Origin: a virus
Taxonomy: Duplodnaviria; Caudoviricetes
IMG/VR virus record: IMGVR_UViG_3300031973_000258
Location: 1 to 30,496 of that record
Length of the DNA stretch: 30,496 nt
Direction: 5' to 3' (one strand)
This document shows, in pieces, positions 18,153-27,055 of this stretch; position 1 is the stretch's first letter; each line of letters opens with the position of its first letter. The notes under the pieces were generated by a model. That model was not told the DNA's origin. It saw only the letters and a list, made by a program, of their open reading frames with translations, and ran no database searches. A program made the position numbers and the translations under genes.

Positions 18153-18532
18153 CCCACATCCTTAATTTTATACGGATCTGTATTTAATCTAGGAACCTTA
18201 TCCCCTTGCTCCCCACTTAAAATACTCTCAAGATTTTTATGTAAGTAGGTTACAGCAGAGCCTACTATTGAATCCTTAGTTAAAGTTTCTGCCACTTCTT
18301 TAAAGCTACAACCATACTGTAGCAATAAAGATATCATCTTACCCGATGCCCTCAGTTCTCTATCTAAAGTAGACTCTGTTGGTCTTACCTTAATCCACAC
18401 AGCCATAGGCAAAATGCCTAACTCATTTACAGTGTAGTCTACTATTGCTAACACTCTTCTATCGTCTATATTCATACGGATAGTTGTACTTCTCATTCTA
18501 TTTGGGACTTCAGCTCTTGCCACGTTATTCAT
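18149..18532 (-). CDS. Stand-alone ribonucleotide reductase C-terminal (NrdJb/TSCPD-like) domain protein
   Basis: RAEVPNRMRSTT.RM.I...ISLLLQYGCSFKEV resembles the class II RNR C-terminal pattern R..LP..R...T...SlaLQyGv..eei. Confidence 0.5.
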   Translation of the reverse strand: MNNVARAEVPNRMRSTTIRMNIDDRRVLAIVDYTVNELGILPMAVWIKVRPTESTLDRELRASGKMISLLLQYGCSFKEVAETLTKDSIVGSAVTYLHKNLESILSGEQGDKVPRLNTDPYKIKDVG

Positions 18533-18756
18533 TATATCCTTTCAATTAATTGTTTAATATCACCATTAAGTCGTTGACTTGTTTCAATGCAATGCTTGAC
18601 CACACTCGCCAATAAGTTTGCATAAAAAATTTCATCTATATCTTCTAACGAATCTTTTAGCATACTTGGCTGAATGTAGTCAAGATCAATTGCTATCTGA
18701 CTATTGTTAGTCAGAGAAACTTTCATGGTAAAAAGTTCTGAGTTACTTCTTGGCAT
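18532..18756 (-). CDS. Hypothetical protein
   Basis: 74-aa ORF overlapping both neighbours in the operon. Confidence 0.6.
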   Translation of the reverse strand: MPRSNSELFTMKVSLTNNSQIAIDLDYIQPSMLKDSLEDIDEIFYANLLASVVKHCIETSQRLNGDIKQLIERI

Positions 18757-18952
18757 TGTCTGCAGGTTTTGCTACAAAGTCAGCACCTATATTAGGATCA
18801 AGTTGTCTTAACCCTTTCGATAATACTTCAATACCTTGAACTACTTCTCCATATGGTCTTGTAAATAAGTAACGAAGTATGCTTTGAACTTGCGTACCAG
18901 ATATAATATACTGAGTATCTATATCTTGCTGCTCTTGTTGTTTTTCTGCCAT
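18743..18952 (-). CDS. Hypothetical protein
   Basis: AAGGAG RBS; YLFTRPYGEV motif. Confidence 0.7.
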   Translation of the reverse strand: MAEKQQEQQDIDTQYIISGTQVQSILRYLFTRPYGEVVQGIEVLSKGLRQLDPNIGADFVAKPADNAKK

Positions 18953-19092
18953 TTTATTCTCCTTTTATTAAATTTTTCTTTCTGAGACGCTCAAATATGA
19001 GCAAGTTTGTATGTTTTGATACCAACATACCAGCCCATACCACTTGTTATTATACGTTAAGATATGAGCGTTTAAACGTTATTTGCTACATT

Positions 19093-19350
19093 CTATTCAT
19101 CTGGATACTCCTTTTGTTGCTTTTCTACATCTTGTTCTAAAACTTCTACGATTAACCTCCTCAAGTACCATTCTGCCTTCTCTAAATCTTGAACAGGCTG
19201 TCCTTTGTACTTGTACCTTGACATGTATTTCATACATGCACCTTTGAGATAACCATGAAACTCTTCAGTAGTCATTGACTCTTTGATTAGATCAATAGTC
19301 TCAGTCTTTGACTGGCGATAATGTTTAGGAAAGTTAACTACGTCTTCCAT
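19093..19350 (-). CDS. DUF3310 (SaV-like/T7 gp1.7-like nucleotide kinase domain) protein
   Basis: DVVNFPKHY...ETID.I...GYLKG...KY..RY..KG...DLEKA.WYL. Confidence 0.85.
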   Translation of the reverse strand: MEDVVNFPKHYRQSKTETIDLIKESMTTEEFHGYLKGACMKYMSRYKYKGQPVQDLEKAEWYLRRLIVEVLEQDVEKQQKEYPDE

Positions 19351-20080
19351 ATCTTTTCTTTACCTCGTTAATATGGACAGTCTCAATATCATACTCCCCA
19401 CCTTTTACATTTCGTTTTACAATTAATCCAGACCACCATAGTCTCTGTGTGTTATATGCGTACTTTTCTCTATGAGTCAAGTAGCAACCTGCAGATAATC
19501 CCATTATCTTTTTACCAGATGGCTGTGATGCAATAGCATAATCTAATAGATGAGAGTGCCCAACAGTAGAAGATACTTTATTTTTATTTACTAAAGATCT
19601 GGCCATGTTCTCACCTGATATAGCTGTGCCCATAACACCACTAGGAAAGTTATGCGAGTAGTATACTCCATCGATCACAGCAGGATATCTGTAATCATAG
19701 GTATGCCATCCATATTCAGGATACTTTAGATCATCTATAGTCATGTGGCCTTCAAGCTCTGGATTATCCTCTACCATACGATCAATCCTATCTTCATGAT
19801 TGCCCAGTAGCATATGCATCTCTGGCTCATACTTGCCTAAACCATCATTAAATTTTTGTAGTGCGTCATGTGCATGCTCTATATCTTTTTTATATCTCCT
19901 ACCCTCAAAAGATTTCTTCTTTTTATCATAGCTAGACATAGAATCCATACTAGCAAAGTCTCCCATACAAATAACTTTATCTACCTTTAAGTCTTTAGCC
20001 ATTCGTCCTGCCCAAGTAAATCTTTCATTACTAGCACTAGGTGTACAATGGGGGTCTCCTATTACTAAGTGAGTTGTCAT
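19334..20080 (-). CDS. Calcineurin-like metallophosphoesterase (start at ATG 20080)
   Basis: Motifs GDPH, MGDF.SMD, GNHE, SH and GHSH; TAATG coupling to the upstream gene. Confidence 0.88.
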   Translation of the reverse strand: MTTHLVIGDPHCTPSASNERFTWAGRMAKDLKVDKVICMGDFASMDSMSSYDKKKKSFEGRRYKKDIEHAHDALQKFNDGLGKYEPEMHMLLGNHEDRIDRMVEDNPELEGHMTIDDLKYPEYGWHTYDYRYPAVIDGVYYSHNFPSGVMGTAISGENMARSLVNKNKVSSTVGHSHLLDYAIASQPSGKKIMGLSAGCYLTHREKYAYNTQRLWWSGLIVKRNVKGGEYDIETVHINEVKKRYGRRS

Positions 20081-20361
20081 TAGTGTAAGTCTCCTTTTTT
20101 CCAAGTTAAAATATCTATAACATTATCTAGGTCCGTTTCTTTTGGTTCGGACTCATCTTCTTTAAATCCATACATACCCTCTTCGTATATGAGGTCTGGA
20201 TTTGATGTAACAAAACGAACCAAACCTTTTGCTATATAAGAGCACACATCTCTATCATCAGGTGACTTTGGATCTATTATGCCACATGTAAATCCTTTAT
20301 CATGTGGCGTTATAATTACAGATACAGATTGAAATATATCTATTGGCTTATCAAAGTCCAT
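20080..20361 (-). CDS. Hypothetical protein
   Basis: 93-aa ORF coupled to both neighbours; C-terminal NVID motif. Confidence 0.65.
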   Translation of the reverse strand: MDFDKPIDIFQSVSVIITPHDKGFTCGIIDPKSPDDRDVCSYIAKGLVRFVTSNPDLIYEEGMYGFKEDESEPKETDLDNVIDILTWKKGDLH

Positions 20362-20546
20362 TATATAACCTCAATCAGAGCATCAAGCTCTCTTATTTCT
20401 TTATCTTCTTCTGGCACGCCAGCTTCTATTAACTTTTTTCTTTTGACTGCTAAGTCATGTAAGGCAGTGTCTACCTCTTCTTGTGCTTGTTCTGATAAAG
20501 TTTCTATTTCTTCATCAGTTATTCCTTGTGGAAATGTAACCATCAT
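20361..20546 (-). CDS. Hypothetical acidic helical protein
   Basis: AGGAG RBS; overlaps both neighbours. Confidence 0.6.
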   Translation of the reverse strand: MMVTFPQGITDEEIETLSEQAQEEVDTALHDLAVKRKKLIEAGVPEEDKEIRELDALIEVI

Positions 20547-20920
20547 AATAAGTCTCCTAAGTTAGTTTTCATGTTTGATTCTTTGATTATAGCAACAAAC
20601 TTTTTAAAGTCAAGCACAATCAATGGATCTCTTTTATTCATCTTTAATACCACAACAGGCTCTAAGTTAGCATTAGATATTGCTTGGTCATATGCATCAT
20701 ACAAACCTTTCCATGTTTCTTTATTTTTACACTCAATAGAAAATGGAAATAGTCCTTGTGCAAATCTAGATAACTTAACATCAATACCTGATTCGCCCAT
20801 GATAGCACAAGAAACATCTTCGTCTTTCTTTAAGTTAGGGAACGTACTTAATAGCACGTCCCTAACCCAGTTTTGTAGCCTTCGCCCCTTGGCTTTTCGA
20901 CTGCGTACACTAGTAGCCAT
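20543..20920 (-). CDS. Hjc-type Holliday junction resolvase/PD-(D/E)XK endonuclease
   Basis: KAKGRRLQ, MGESGID, SIECKN and P.VV.K motifs. Confidence 0.8.
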   Translation of the reverse strand: MATSVRSRKAKGRRLQNWVRDVLLSTFPNLKKDEDVSCAIMGESGIDVKLSRFAQGLFPFSIECKNKETWKGLYDAYDQAISNANLEPVVVLKMNKRDPLIVLDFKKFVAIIKESNMKTNLGDLL

Positions 20921-21803
20921 CGTCCTCTACCCTAGGATTATTGACTTCAGTATACCAAACCCACTTGGGGTTTTTACCTTGCGACTGCTGTTGTGGTAGC
21001 AGCTGCAAGTTTTCTCCCCAACAAGGAAACTTGTAAGGGCAGAAACTGCATGCCGTTCCTAATACTTTATTACCTGTCTTTTGTTTTCTAAAGTATTCGT
21101 CTTCGGCTTTGAAACATCTTTTAAATTTCTTATCTAAATTTATAGCTCTAATATTATTATCAATAGTACTCAATGCATGTTCTTTGTATTCATCATCAGC
21201 TAAAGGGGCCTCAGTTAGTGCCCATTCTCCAGTTGATTTATTGATAGCTATCCATCCGCCAAATGGTTTTTGTCTAGCTTCTGCATACATATATCCTTGT
21301 GCTAGATATCCAAACAAGTCATCACTTGCTACTGCATGAAAGCCACCATTCTCTCCAAACTTATTAGTGAATGACCATGGTGATGCGCTTTTAATATCCC
21401 ATACCTTATCCTCAATCTCCACATCAAGAGTACCATTTACAGTAACATCGTCAAGTTTGTATTCAGTCTTTGTTTGCTCTGATTGTATTTCTACACCAGA
21501 TGCTTTCATAATAATCATTGCCGCTTGCTCTATAAGATCTCCAAATAGATTTCTCATCTTAACATTATATGGTTGCGACTCACCTTTAATGCCTTTCTTT
21601 TCCATCTGCAATTGGCATAAAGGTCTACCGATGCTTGATGCTCTAAGACCAAACTCTTTATTTCTTTGGTCAGTGAATTGCTTGCGGAATGATTCCATGC
21701 AAGCGTTACCAAACTGAGTGATCAAGTCATCGGATACCTCGACTGCATCTTTATTAGCAGCCTCCAAAAACACCCTAACTTTTTCTAGGATGTCCGAACT
21801 CAT
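20910..21803 (-). CDS. Cas4-like PD-(D/E)XK exonuclease with a probable Fe-S cluster
   Basis: LRASSIGRPLC, GTLD, DIKS, GYLAQ..MY and CSFCPYKFPCW (1+3 Cys arrangement). Confidence 0.82.
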   Translation of the reverse strand: MSSDILEKVRVFLEAANKDAVEVSDDLITQFGNACMESFRKQFTDQRNKEFGLRASSIGRPLCQLQMEKKGIKGESQPYNVKMRNLFGDLIEQAAMIIMKASGVEIQSEQTKTEYKLDDVTVNGTLDVEIEDKVWDIKSASPWSFTNKFGENGGFHAVASDDLFGYLAQGYMYAEARQKPFGGWIAINKSTGEWALTEAPLADDEYKEHALSTIDNNIRAINLDKKFKRCFKAEDEYFRKQKTGNKVLGTACSFCPYKFPCWGENLQLLPQQQSQGKNPKWVWYTEVNNPRVEDDGY

Positions 21804-22636
21804 GACGACAATACTTCAATAGGATCATCATCAAACTCTGCCTCTACCGCCTGTACGGATACAGGTTCAGCTTTCTTGGCTTGTCTCCAAAGTTCTACTA
21901 TCTCCTCATTTTCTGTGTTGATAGTGTCTTGGAAAGCAAGAAGAATTTCTTTTTCTTTATCAGAAAACTGTACTTCATCTGAGTCTACACTTATATCAGA
22001 CACATAGAATACATTGCTTCCAGCCTTTTTCTTTTTACTTTTAAGTGTAAGCGTATGATTAAACATCACCTTACCTCTGCGTCTAAGACTTTCTATTGCC
22101 TCTCCAACAGGTTTAAAGTTACTACCTGTTACTTTCCATAGTACAGGCAAGTTAGTTACCTCTGCATCAGCTCCACCTGGAAGGCTACCTTTAAAAGAAA
22201 CTAGACCATAAACTAAACGATAGCACTTTATTGCTTTCTGTTTCATTCTTTCTTCATCAGAAAGATTAGCCAGTTCCTTTGCAGGTATTTTGCCACAGCG
22301 TATACCACCTTGTATATCTATGGCCTCATCTTTCCAAGACTTAAAGATTATACTTCTGTTGCTATACTCATTCTTCTCTGCATCGTACTTCATGTACTGA
22401 TATGCATTCATGAATGGTCTAAATGTAACAGGCTTTCCGTAAGCCATGCTATCTAATTCAGGAACGTAAACACCGTATGATCCCACTGGTACCTCTGCCC
22501 CATCATCATTTTCTGGAAATCTATTTATGGCTAACTTCGGTAAGAAGTTACCAGTAGAAGATTTCTCTTGTCCAATCATAGACATAATCTGTTCTTGTGA
22601 CAGACCATCTATATTTGATATTTCATTATTAGTCAT
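21800..22636 (-). CDS. Putative single-stranded DNA-binding protein
   Basis: Located between polA and the exonuclease; beta-rich core; acidic C-terminal tail (EAEFDDDPIEVLSS); AGGAGG RBS. Confidence 0.5.
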   Translation of the reverse strand: MTNNEISNIDGLSQEQIMSMIGQEKSSTGNFLPKLAINRFPENDDGAEVPVGSYGVYVPELDSMAYGKPVTFRPFMNAYQYMKYDAEKNEYSNRSIIFKSWKDEAIDIQGGIRCGKIPAKELANLSDEERMKQKAIKCYRLVYGLVSFKGSLPGGADAEVTNLPVLWKVTGSNFKPVGEAIESLRRRGKVMFNHTLTLKSKKKKAGSNVFYVSDISVDSDEVQFSDKEKEILLAFQDTINTENEEIVELWRQAKKAEPVSVQAVEAEFDDDPIEVLSS

Positions 22637-22655
22637 GCGACCTCCTTATTGTTAA

Positions 22656-22856
22656 TTATATATCTTTTATCTCTTCAATCGCCATAAGGTTATCTCTGGC
22701 GGACGCTATCTTTTGTACTTGTTTATCTACTTCATCAATGTGTTGGGGATGTTCTCCAATACCAACAGAATTATTTAAGTAAATTTCAAGCGTTGCCTTT
22801 GCCTCAGATATCTGAGAGTTATAACGATCTACTAATGCTTTTAAGATTTGTGACAT
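22656..22856 (-). CDS. Hypothetical coiled-coil protein (VGIGEHP motif)
   Basis: AAGGAGG RBS; YLNNSVGIGEHP motif. Confidence 0.75.
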   Translation of the reverse strand: MSQILKALVDRYNSQISEAKATLEIYLNNSVGIGEHPQHIDEVDKQVQKIASARDNLMAIEEIKDI

Positions 22857-22865
22857 ACTACCTCC

Positions 22866-22894
22866 TTACTATCACATTTTGTTACATTTGTCAA
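22866..22894 (-). promoter_or_regulatory. Sigma70-type promoter
   Basis: TTGACA (22894-22889), 17-nt spacer, TAGTAA (22871-22866), with extended -10 TG. Confidence 0.5.
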
Positions 22895-22974
22895 TAGATA
22901 ATATGACCTAATATTATTATATAAAGTATTACGCCAGCCATAGCTAAATTAAACCAAAATTCAAATAAATTCAC
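22891..22974 (-). CDS. Possible 27-aa single-TM microprotein
   Basis: GTG overlaps the polA stop (GTGA); MNLFEFWFNLAMAGVILYIIILGHIIY*; purine-rich AAGGGTGG upstream. Confidence 0.45.
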   Translation of the reverse strand: MNLFEFWFNLAMAGVILYIIILGHIIY

Positions 22975-25034
22975 ATTACCACCCTTTCTTTTTTTAAGGA
23001 AACTTCATTCATTTCTAACCAATTATCGCCTATCTTCAGCTCCGTGTCAAGTGGTACATTGAACTCAACTTTATAAAAGTCATACAAAGAATCAATAACA
23101 TTTCTAGTTGCTTTGTCTAGTAGATCCGTCATTAATTCTATCTCATTTGGGTGCGCATCTACAACTATGGAATCGTGCACAGTATTTATTAATAAACTTT
23201 TTACACCCTTATCTCTCATCATTTTGTAAGCATTGATACATGCTATGGGTACTATATCAGCAGTTGCAAAACCTTGAACTGGATAGTTCTTTATCTGTGT
23301 GGAATAACTAGAGCCACCCCATGCCTGTCTTTGTGCATACGGAAATGAATACTCACGACCTGATGGTAGCTTTACTTTCTTAAACTCTATAGCTGTACTT
23401 TGTAAAGTCTCATGCCACTTTGCTATGTCTTTGTACTTCTCAAGAAATGCTTTGTAGTATCTTTTCTCACTATCACTACCTGACATGCCACCATACAAAG
23501 GTTTGAATGTATGTGCTTTTGCATCTTGCCTACTCACTCCAATAGTATCTGCGGTAAACTGATGTACATCTACACCATCATCTATATCTTTCATGCCCTG
23601 CTTATCCTGTGCTAAGAATACAGCAGTCCTAAATTCTAATTGTGAAAAATCTATCTCCATAATTTTACCACCCTTAAACCTGGAAGATATAACTTTACGA
23701 ATAGGAAAAGTATTACCTCTTGGTTGGTTCTGAAAGTTGGGATCACGACTTGATAGTCTTGCTGTAGCTGTAACACACTGCATAAACTTAGGATGCAATA
23801 CGCTATCCTCATTTACATGATCTCTTATGCCATTTACAAATGTATTTAGATATGTATCTATGGCATTGTATCTGATAATTAAATCAACAAACTCTTTCAT
23901 ATCTCCTTGCGCCCTCATAGATAACTTCTTCAGTGTATCTCTGTCTGTTTTAAAGCCACCCTCTGCTACCTCTGAGACACCAACAGGCATCTGATTAAAA
24001 CCTGCAGTTCTGTTAAGCTGTAAATAAATTACTCCTTCTCCGTTGCAATGAGGGCACTTTGTAAGATTCTTAAATGGTTCTCCATTAACTTTAAATCTTC
24101 TAATTAAACCTTTACCTTCACAGTGACTGCACTGTGCTGCTAATGTCTGCTTAATTGTTTTTGTGTTTAATGCTACTAAATCTCTAAACTTAGACTTTGA
24201 TAGTGTGGGTCTGCGTTTCTTTCTCTTGGTAAATTTATCTATGCCTATGTTAAATGTCTCTGCCCACTTTTTTTTATCTATAACTTTTCTAGAGTAGATC
24301 AGCCAAGATAATTGCTCTGTGCTAGCAGGATTGATAGGTGTATCTCCCATCTTCTCTCTTATAATCTTTTTTATTTCCTGTGCCAGTCTGCCAAACTCTT
24401 CTTTAAACTCTTGCTCCACAGCATTCAATGCATTTAGGTCAATGTTTATGCCATTTATTTCCATATCTGCAAGCACTGGCAGAAATTCATTCATCATTTT
24501 GGCTGATTTAAGTAAGGGTTTGTTACCTTCTTTCTTAAAATCTACCATCTGTGCATCAAACAAAGCTCTTGTAGATCTAACATCTTGCCTACCATACTCT
24601 TCAATAATACTCACAGGTATATCTTCAAATGATATTTTGCGTTTCATATAGTCATCTACTGCATCCGACTTCTGAGATATGCTCCTGCGTTTACATATAT
24701 CTTTTAGTGATAGTGGCTTTCTTAATCCACGAAGTAATATATACTCACCTATCATGGTGTCGTACAATCTGCCAGTGTATTTGAATCCTGACTCCAGTAG
24801 CCACACTAAATCAAACTTAATGTTGTGGCCAACAAGTAGTGTAGTCTTATCTAGTATATCTTGAACTGCCTTGTGATTAGATTGTATATCAAAGCTCTCG
24901 TGATTGTGATTAAAAAAATAATACTCATCATTAACTCCAATACTAACTAGGCAATTGTTAGGATTAAATGGTAGTGGATCTACTTTGCCATCCACGATTT
25001 GAAAGCTGGTCTCTACATCTAATACTGTAATCAT
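22971..25034 (-). CDS. polA: Family A DNA polymerase (3'-5' exonuclease + polymerase) with a DnaJ-type zinc-finger insertion
   Basis: ExoI LDVET, ExoII GHNIKFD, ExoIII Y..QD; TATARLSS..PNFQNQP; motif A DFSQLEFR; motif B RQDAKAHTFKPLYG; motif C VHDS; CSHCEGKG and CPHCNGEG. Confidence 0.95.
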   Translation of the reverse strand: MITVLDVETSFQIVDGKVDPLPFNPNNCLVSIGVNDEYYFFNHNHESFDIQSNHKAVQDILDKTTLLVGHNIKFDLVWLLESGFKYTGRLYDTMIGEYILLRGLRKPLSLKDICKRRSISQKSDAVDDYMKRKISFEDIPVSIIEEYGRQDVRSTRALFDAQMVDFKKEGNKPLLKSAKMMNEFLPVLADMEINGINIDLNALNAVEQEFKEEFGRLAQEIKKIIREKMGDTPINPASTEQLSWLIYSRKVIDKKKWAETFNIGIDKFTKRKKRRPTLSKSKFRDLVALNTKTIKQTLAAQCSHCEGKGLIRRFKVNGEPFKNLTKCPHCNGEGVIYLQLNRTAGFNQMPVGVSEVAEGGFKTDRDTLKKLSMRAQGDMKEFVDLIIRYNAIDTYLNTFVNGIRDHVNEDSVLHPKFMQCVTATARLSSRDPNFQNQPRGNTFPIRKVISSRFKGGKIMEIDFSQLEFRTAVFLAQDKQGMKDIDDGVDVHQFTADTIGVSRQDAKAHTFKPLYGGMSGSDSEKRYYKAFLEKYKDIAKWHETLQSTAIEFKKVKLPSGREYSFPYAQRQAWGGSSYSTQIKNYPVQGFATADIVPIACINAYKMMRDKGVKSLLINTVHDSIVVDAHPNEIELMTDLLDKATRNVIDSLYDFYKVEFNVPLDTELKIGDNWLEMNEVSLKKERVVM

Positions 25035-26239
25035 ACTCTATACCTTGATAGTTGTGGTTCGATATTACAAGTTATCTCTCCATGATAGCCTGATATCTTA
25101 TTCTTACTTATACACATAACTCGAGTAGTATCAAGCGAATCTAAAGATCCATGCTTACCAATGCCTATAATTAAATCTGCCTCTGCAGCTTTACCAGTCT
25201 TTGAGTTCTCCATCATATCAAAAGATATTCTAGTCTTACCATGTGCGTCTGCTGATGCTTGTGATATTGCTATCACACAACACTCATGTCGTTTTGCTAT
25301 CTCTCTTGCTCCAGTATATACTGCTCTAAGTTTTTCATCTGTTCTTGTAAAGTTGCCAGACACACCTACCTTATCTAACTGATCAATAATGAGGATGTCA
25401 GGTTTGTTGCTACTGCAAAAACTGTCAACGTCATCAATAGTCCAATCAACAGTATCCATAAGTTTAACATTATCTTTTATCTCCTTCCATTTTTCTTTTG
25501 CTAAATCTAAATTATCGGTAATCTCATCTCGTGTCATACCTGTGTGCGCATTAATTACTCTCATCTGAGTTCGGATTGCAGGTTCCTCATTAATTAACGC
25601 ACACACTTTTGCACCTTGCGATGCAAATCCTTTTAGCCCACCAACAAGATTAACCCAGAATGCAGTCTTGCCTGACTCTGGCCTTGCAAAAACAATAACT
25701 AAATTACCTGGACCAATGCCTGGAACTTGTTCATGCAAACTTGGTAGATTAAATTCAAACTTAGTTTGTACATCTAAAGATTCTAATAACTCTGGTATAT
25801 CCTCCGTAACTGATTCATGCTCATCTGTATCTTCATCCGTATTATCTAGTAACTGTTTGATTTCATTAAACGATTTGTCCTGCCCGTTAAATATATCTGT
25901 AGCTATAACTGCCACCTTGTGTGCAAGATTTCTTTTGTATACTGCTTCAATGATATCTGTGGCAACAGATTCATTTGGCTCTTGCTCATCTTTTATTTCT
26001 TGTACAAGAGTTTCAAAGTTTAATCTCGCAGCTCGTGTCAATGCAGGATTATATTTTTCTGTGTGTAAATCTATCAGTTCATCTATTGTAAGATCTTCTT
26101 CGTAATCTTTGTGTGCTTTTTCTATTGTAGAATAAAAGTTACCAAGCCCATTGGTAAATGTAGTCTTAGATACTTTGCCTTTGTTTCTTTCGTAAAAATT
26201 TTTTTTAAGTAGTAACTTAATTAATTGTCGTTCCTGCAT
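25031..26239 (-). CDS. SF4 (DnaB/T7 gp4-like) replicative helicase
   Basis: Walker A ARPESGKT, INEE, Walker B IIDQLD, ISQAS, ADLIIGIG, KNK. Confidence 0.9.
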   Translation of the reverse strand: MQERQLIKLLLKKNFYERNKGKVSKTTFTNGLGNFYSTIEKAHKDYEEDLTIDELIDLHTEKYNPALTRAARLNFETLVQEIKDEQEPNESVATDIIEAVYKRNLAHKVAVIATDIFNGQDKSFNEIKQLLDNTDEDTDEHESVTEDIPELLESLDVQTKFEFNLPSLHEQVPGIGPGNLVIVFARPESGKTAFWVNLVGGLKGFASQGAKVCALINEEPAIRTQMRVINAHTGMTRDEITDNLDLAKEKWKEIKDNVKLMDTVDWTIDDVDSFCSSNKPDILIIDQLDKVGVSGNFTRTDEKLRAVYTGAREIAKRHECCVIAISQASADAHGKTRISFDMMENSKTGKAAEADLIIGIGKHGSLDSLDTTRVMCISKNKISGYHGEITCNIEPQLSRYRV

Positions 26240-27012
26240 AACATTTCCTTTATCTCTTCTGGTTTAAAATACTTTAGATCATCTTCTAACATGACAACTC
26301 TAGTATGTGCTACCATACCTACTTCTCTTGCTATGTCAAATGCTTTCGTTGTTGCATCTCTATCTAATGCTACGATAACATTCTTAAATCTTTTCTTTAT
26401 TACTGTTGTGTATTCTTGTGGTAAACTTGTACCCATTAATGCTAGTCCTGCAAAGTTATCTGATACTGCACATGCTGATGCACAATCCTCTACTATCACT
26501 GCAGTATCTCCACCACCACAAATGAATGGGTATTTTTTACTGCCATATACATACCACTTTGGCAGCACATTGTAATTTAAAGATCTGCCCACACCTCCAA
26601 TGATCTTGTCTTCATCATCATGCACCATAAATACTACACGATCTAGTGCAGGATCAAACCTCACATCTGCTTTATTAGTATTGAAAGCTGTAAATGAATT
26701 ATTGTTCATCAAGTATCTGAGACATCTATTGCTGGAGTGGGGAGATATAAAATTTTTTGGTACGATAAAATCTACATCTACTTTATCCTTATCTTGATAG
26801 ATAAAATGTTCTATATCATGCATAGTTTTCTCAGTGTAGTATGCACCTTTGGCATCACAAGATGCAGAGAAACAGTACCATAATACTTTTGAGTCTTCCT
26901 TGCTAATTGAGAAGGTATTATTACGCATGCAAAAAGGGCAATCCATTCTTATGGACTGCCCTTCATCTAACCCTAAATCTTTTATAACTTCTATCTGATC
27001 TGCGTAATTCAT
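26221..27012 (-). CDS. DNA primase (zinc-binding + TOPRIM)
   Basis: CPFC...WYCFSASC zinc domain; IVED and ALDRDA TOPRIM motifs. Confidence 0.88.
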   Translation of the reverse strand: MNYADQIEVIKDLGLDEGQSIRMDCPFCMRNNTFSISKEDSKVLWYCFSASCDAKGAYYTEKTMHDIEHFIYQDKDKVDVDFIVPKNFISPHSSNRCLRYLMNNNSFTAFNTNKADVRFDPALDRVVFMVHDDEDKIIGGVGRSLNYNVLPKWYVYGSKKYPFICGGGDTAVIVEDCASACAVSDNFAGLALMGTSLPQEYTTVIKKRFKNVIVALDRDATTKAFDIAREVGMVAHTRVVMLEDDLKYFKPEEIKEMLCRNDN

Positions 27013-27018
27013 GTAAAA

Positions 27019-27047
27019 CCTATAGCATAGTTTTTATTTTTTGTCAA
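27019..27047 (-). promoter_or_regulatory. Sigma70-type promoter for the primase-helicase-polymerase operon
   Basis: TTGACA (27047-27042), 17-nt spacer, TATAGG (27024-27019), with extended TG. Predicted +1 falls at the primase ATG (27012). Confidence 0.65.
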
Positions 27048-27055
27048 GTATTAGT

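Noticed and set aside
20910-21803. Cas4-like gene as evidence of a CRISPR-Cas system
   Set aside because: No repeat-spacer array or other cas genes are visible, and solo Cas4-like nucleases are common in phage replication modules.
22971-25034. DpoZ (2-aminoadenine) polymerase, or an intein in polA
   Set aside because: There is no purZ-like gene in the window and no intein splice motif; the insertion is a zinc finger.
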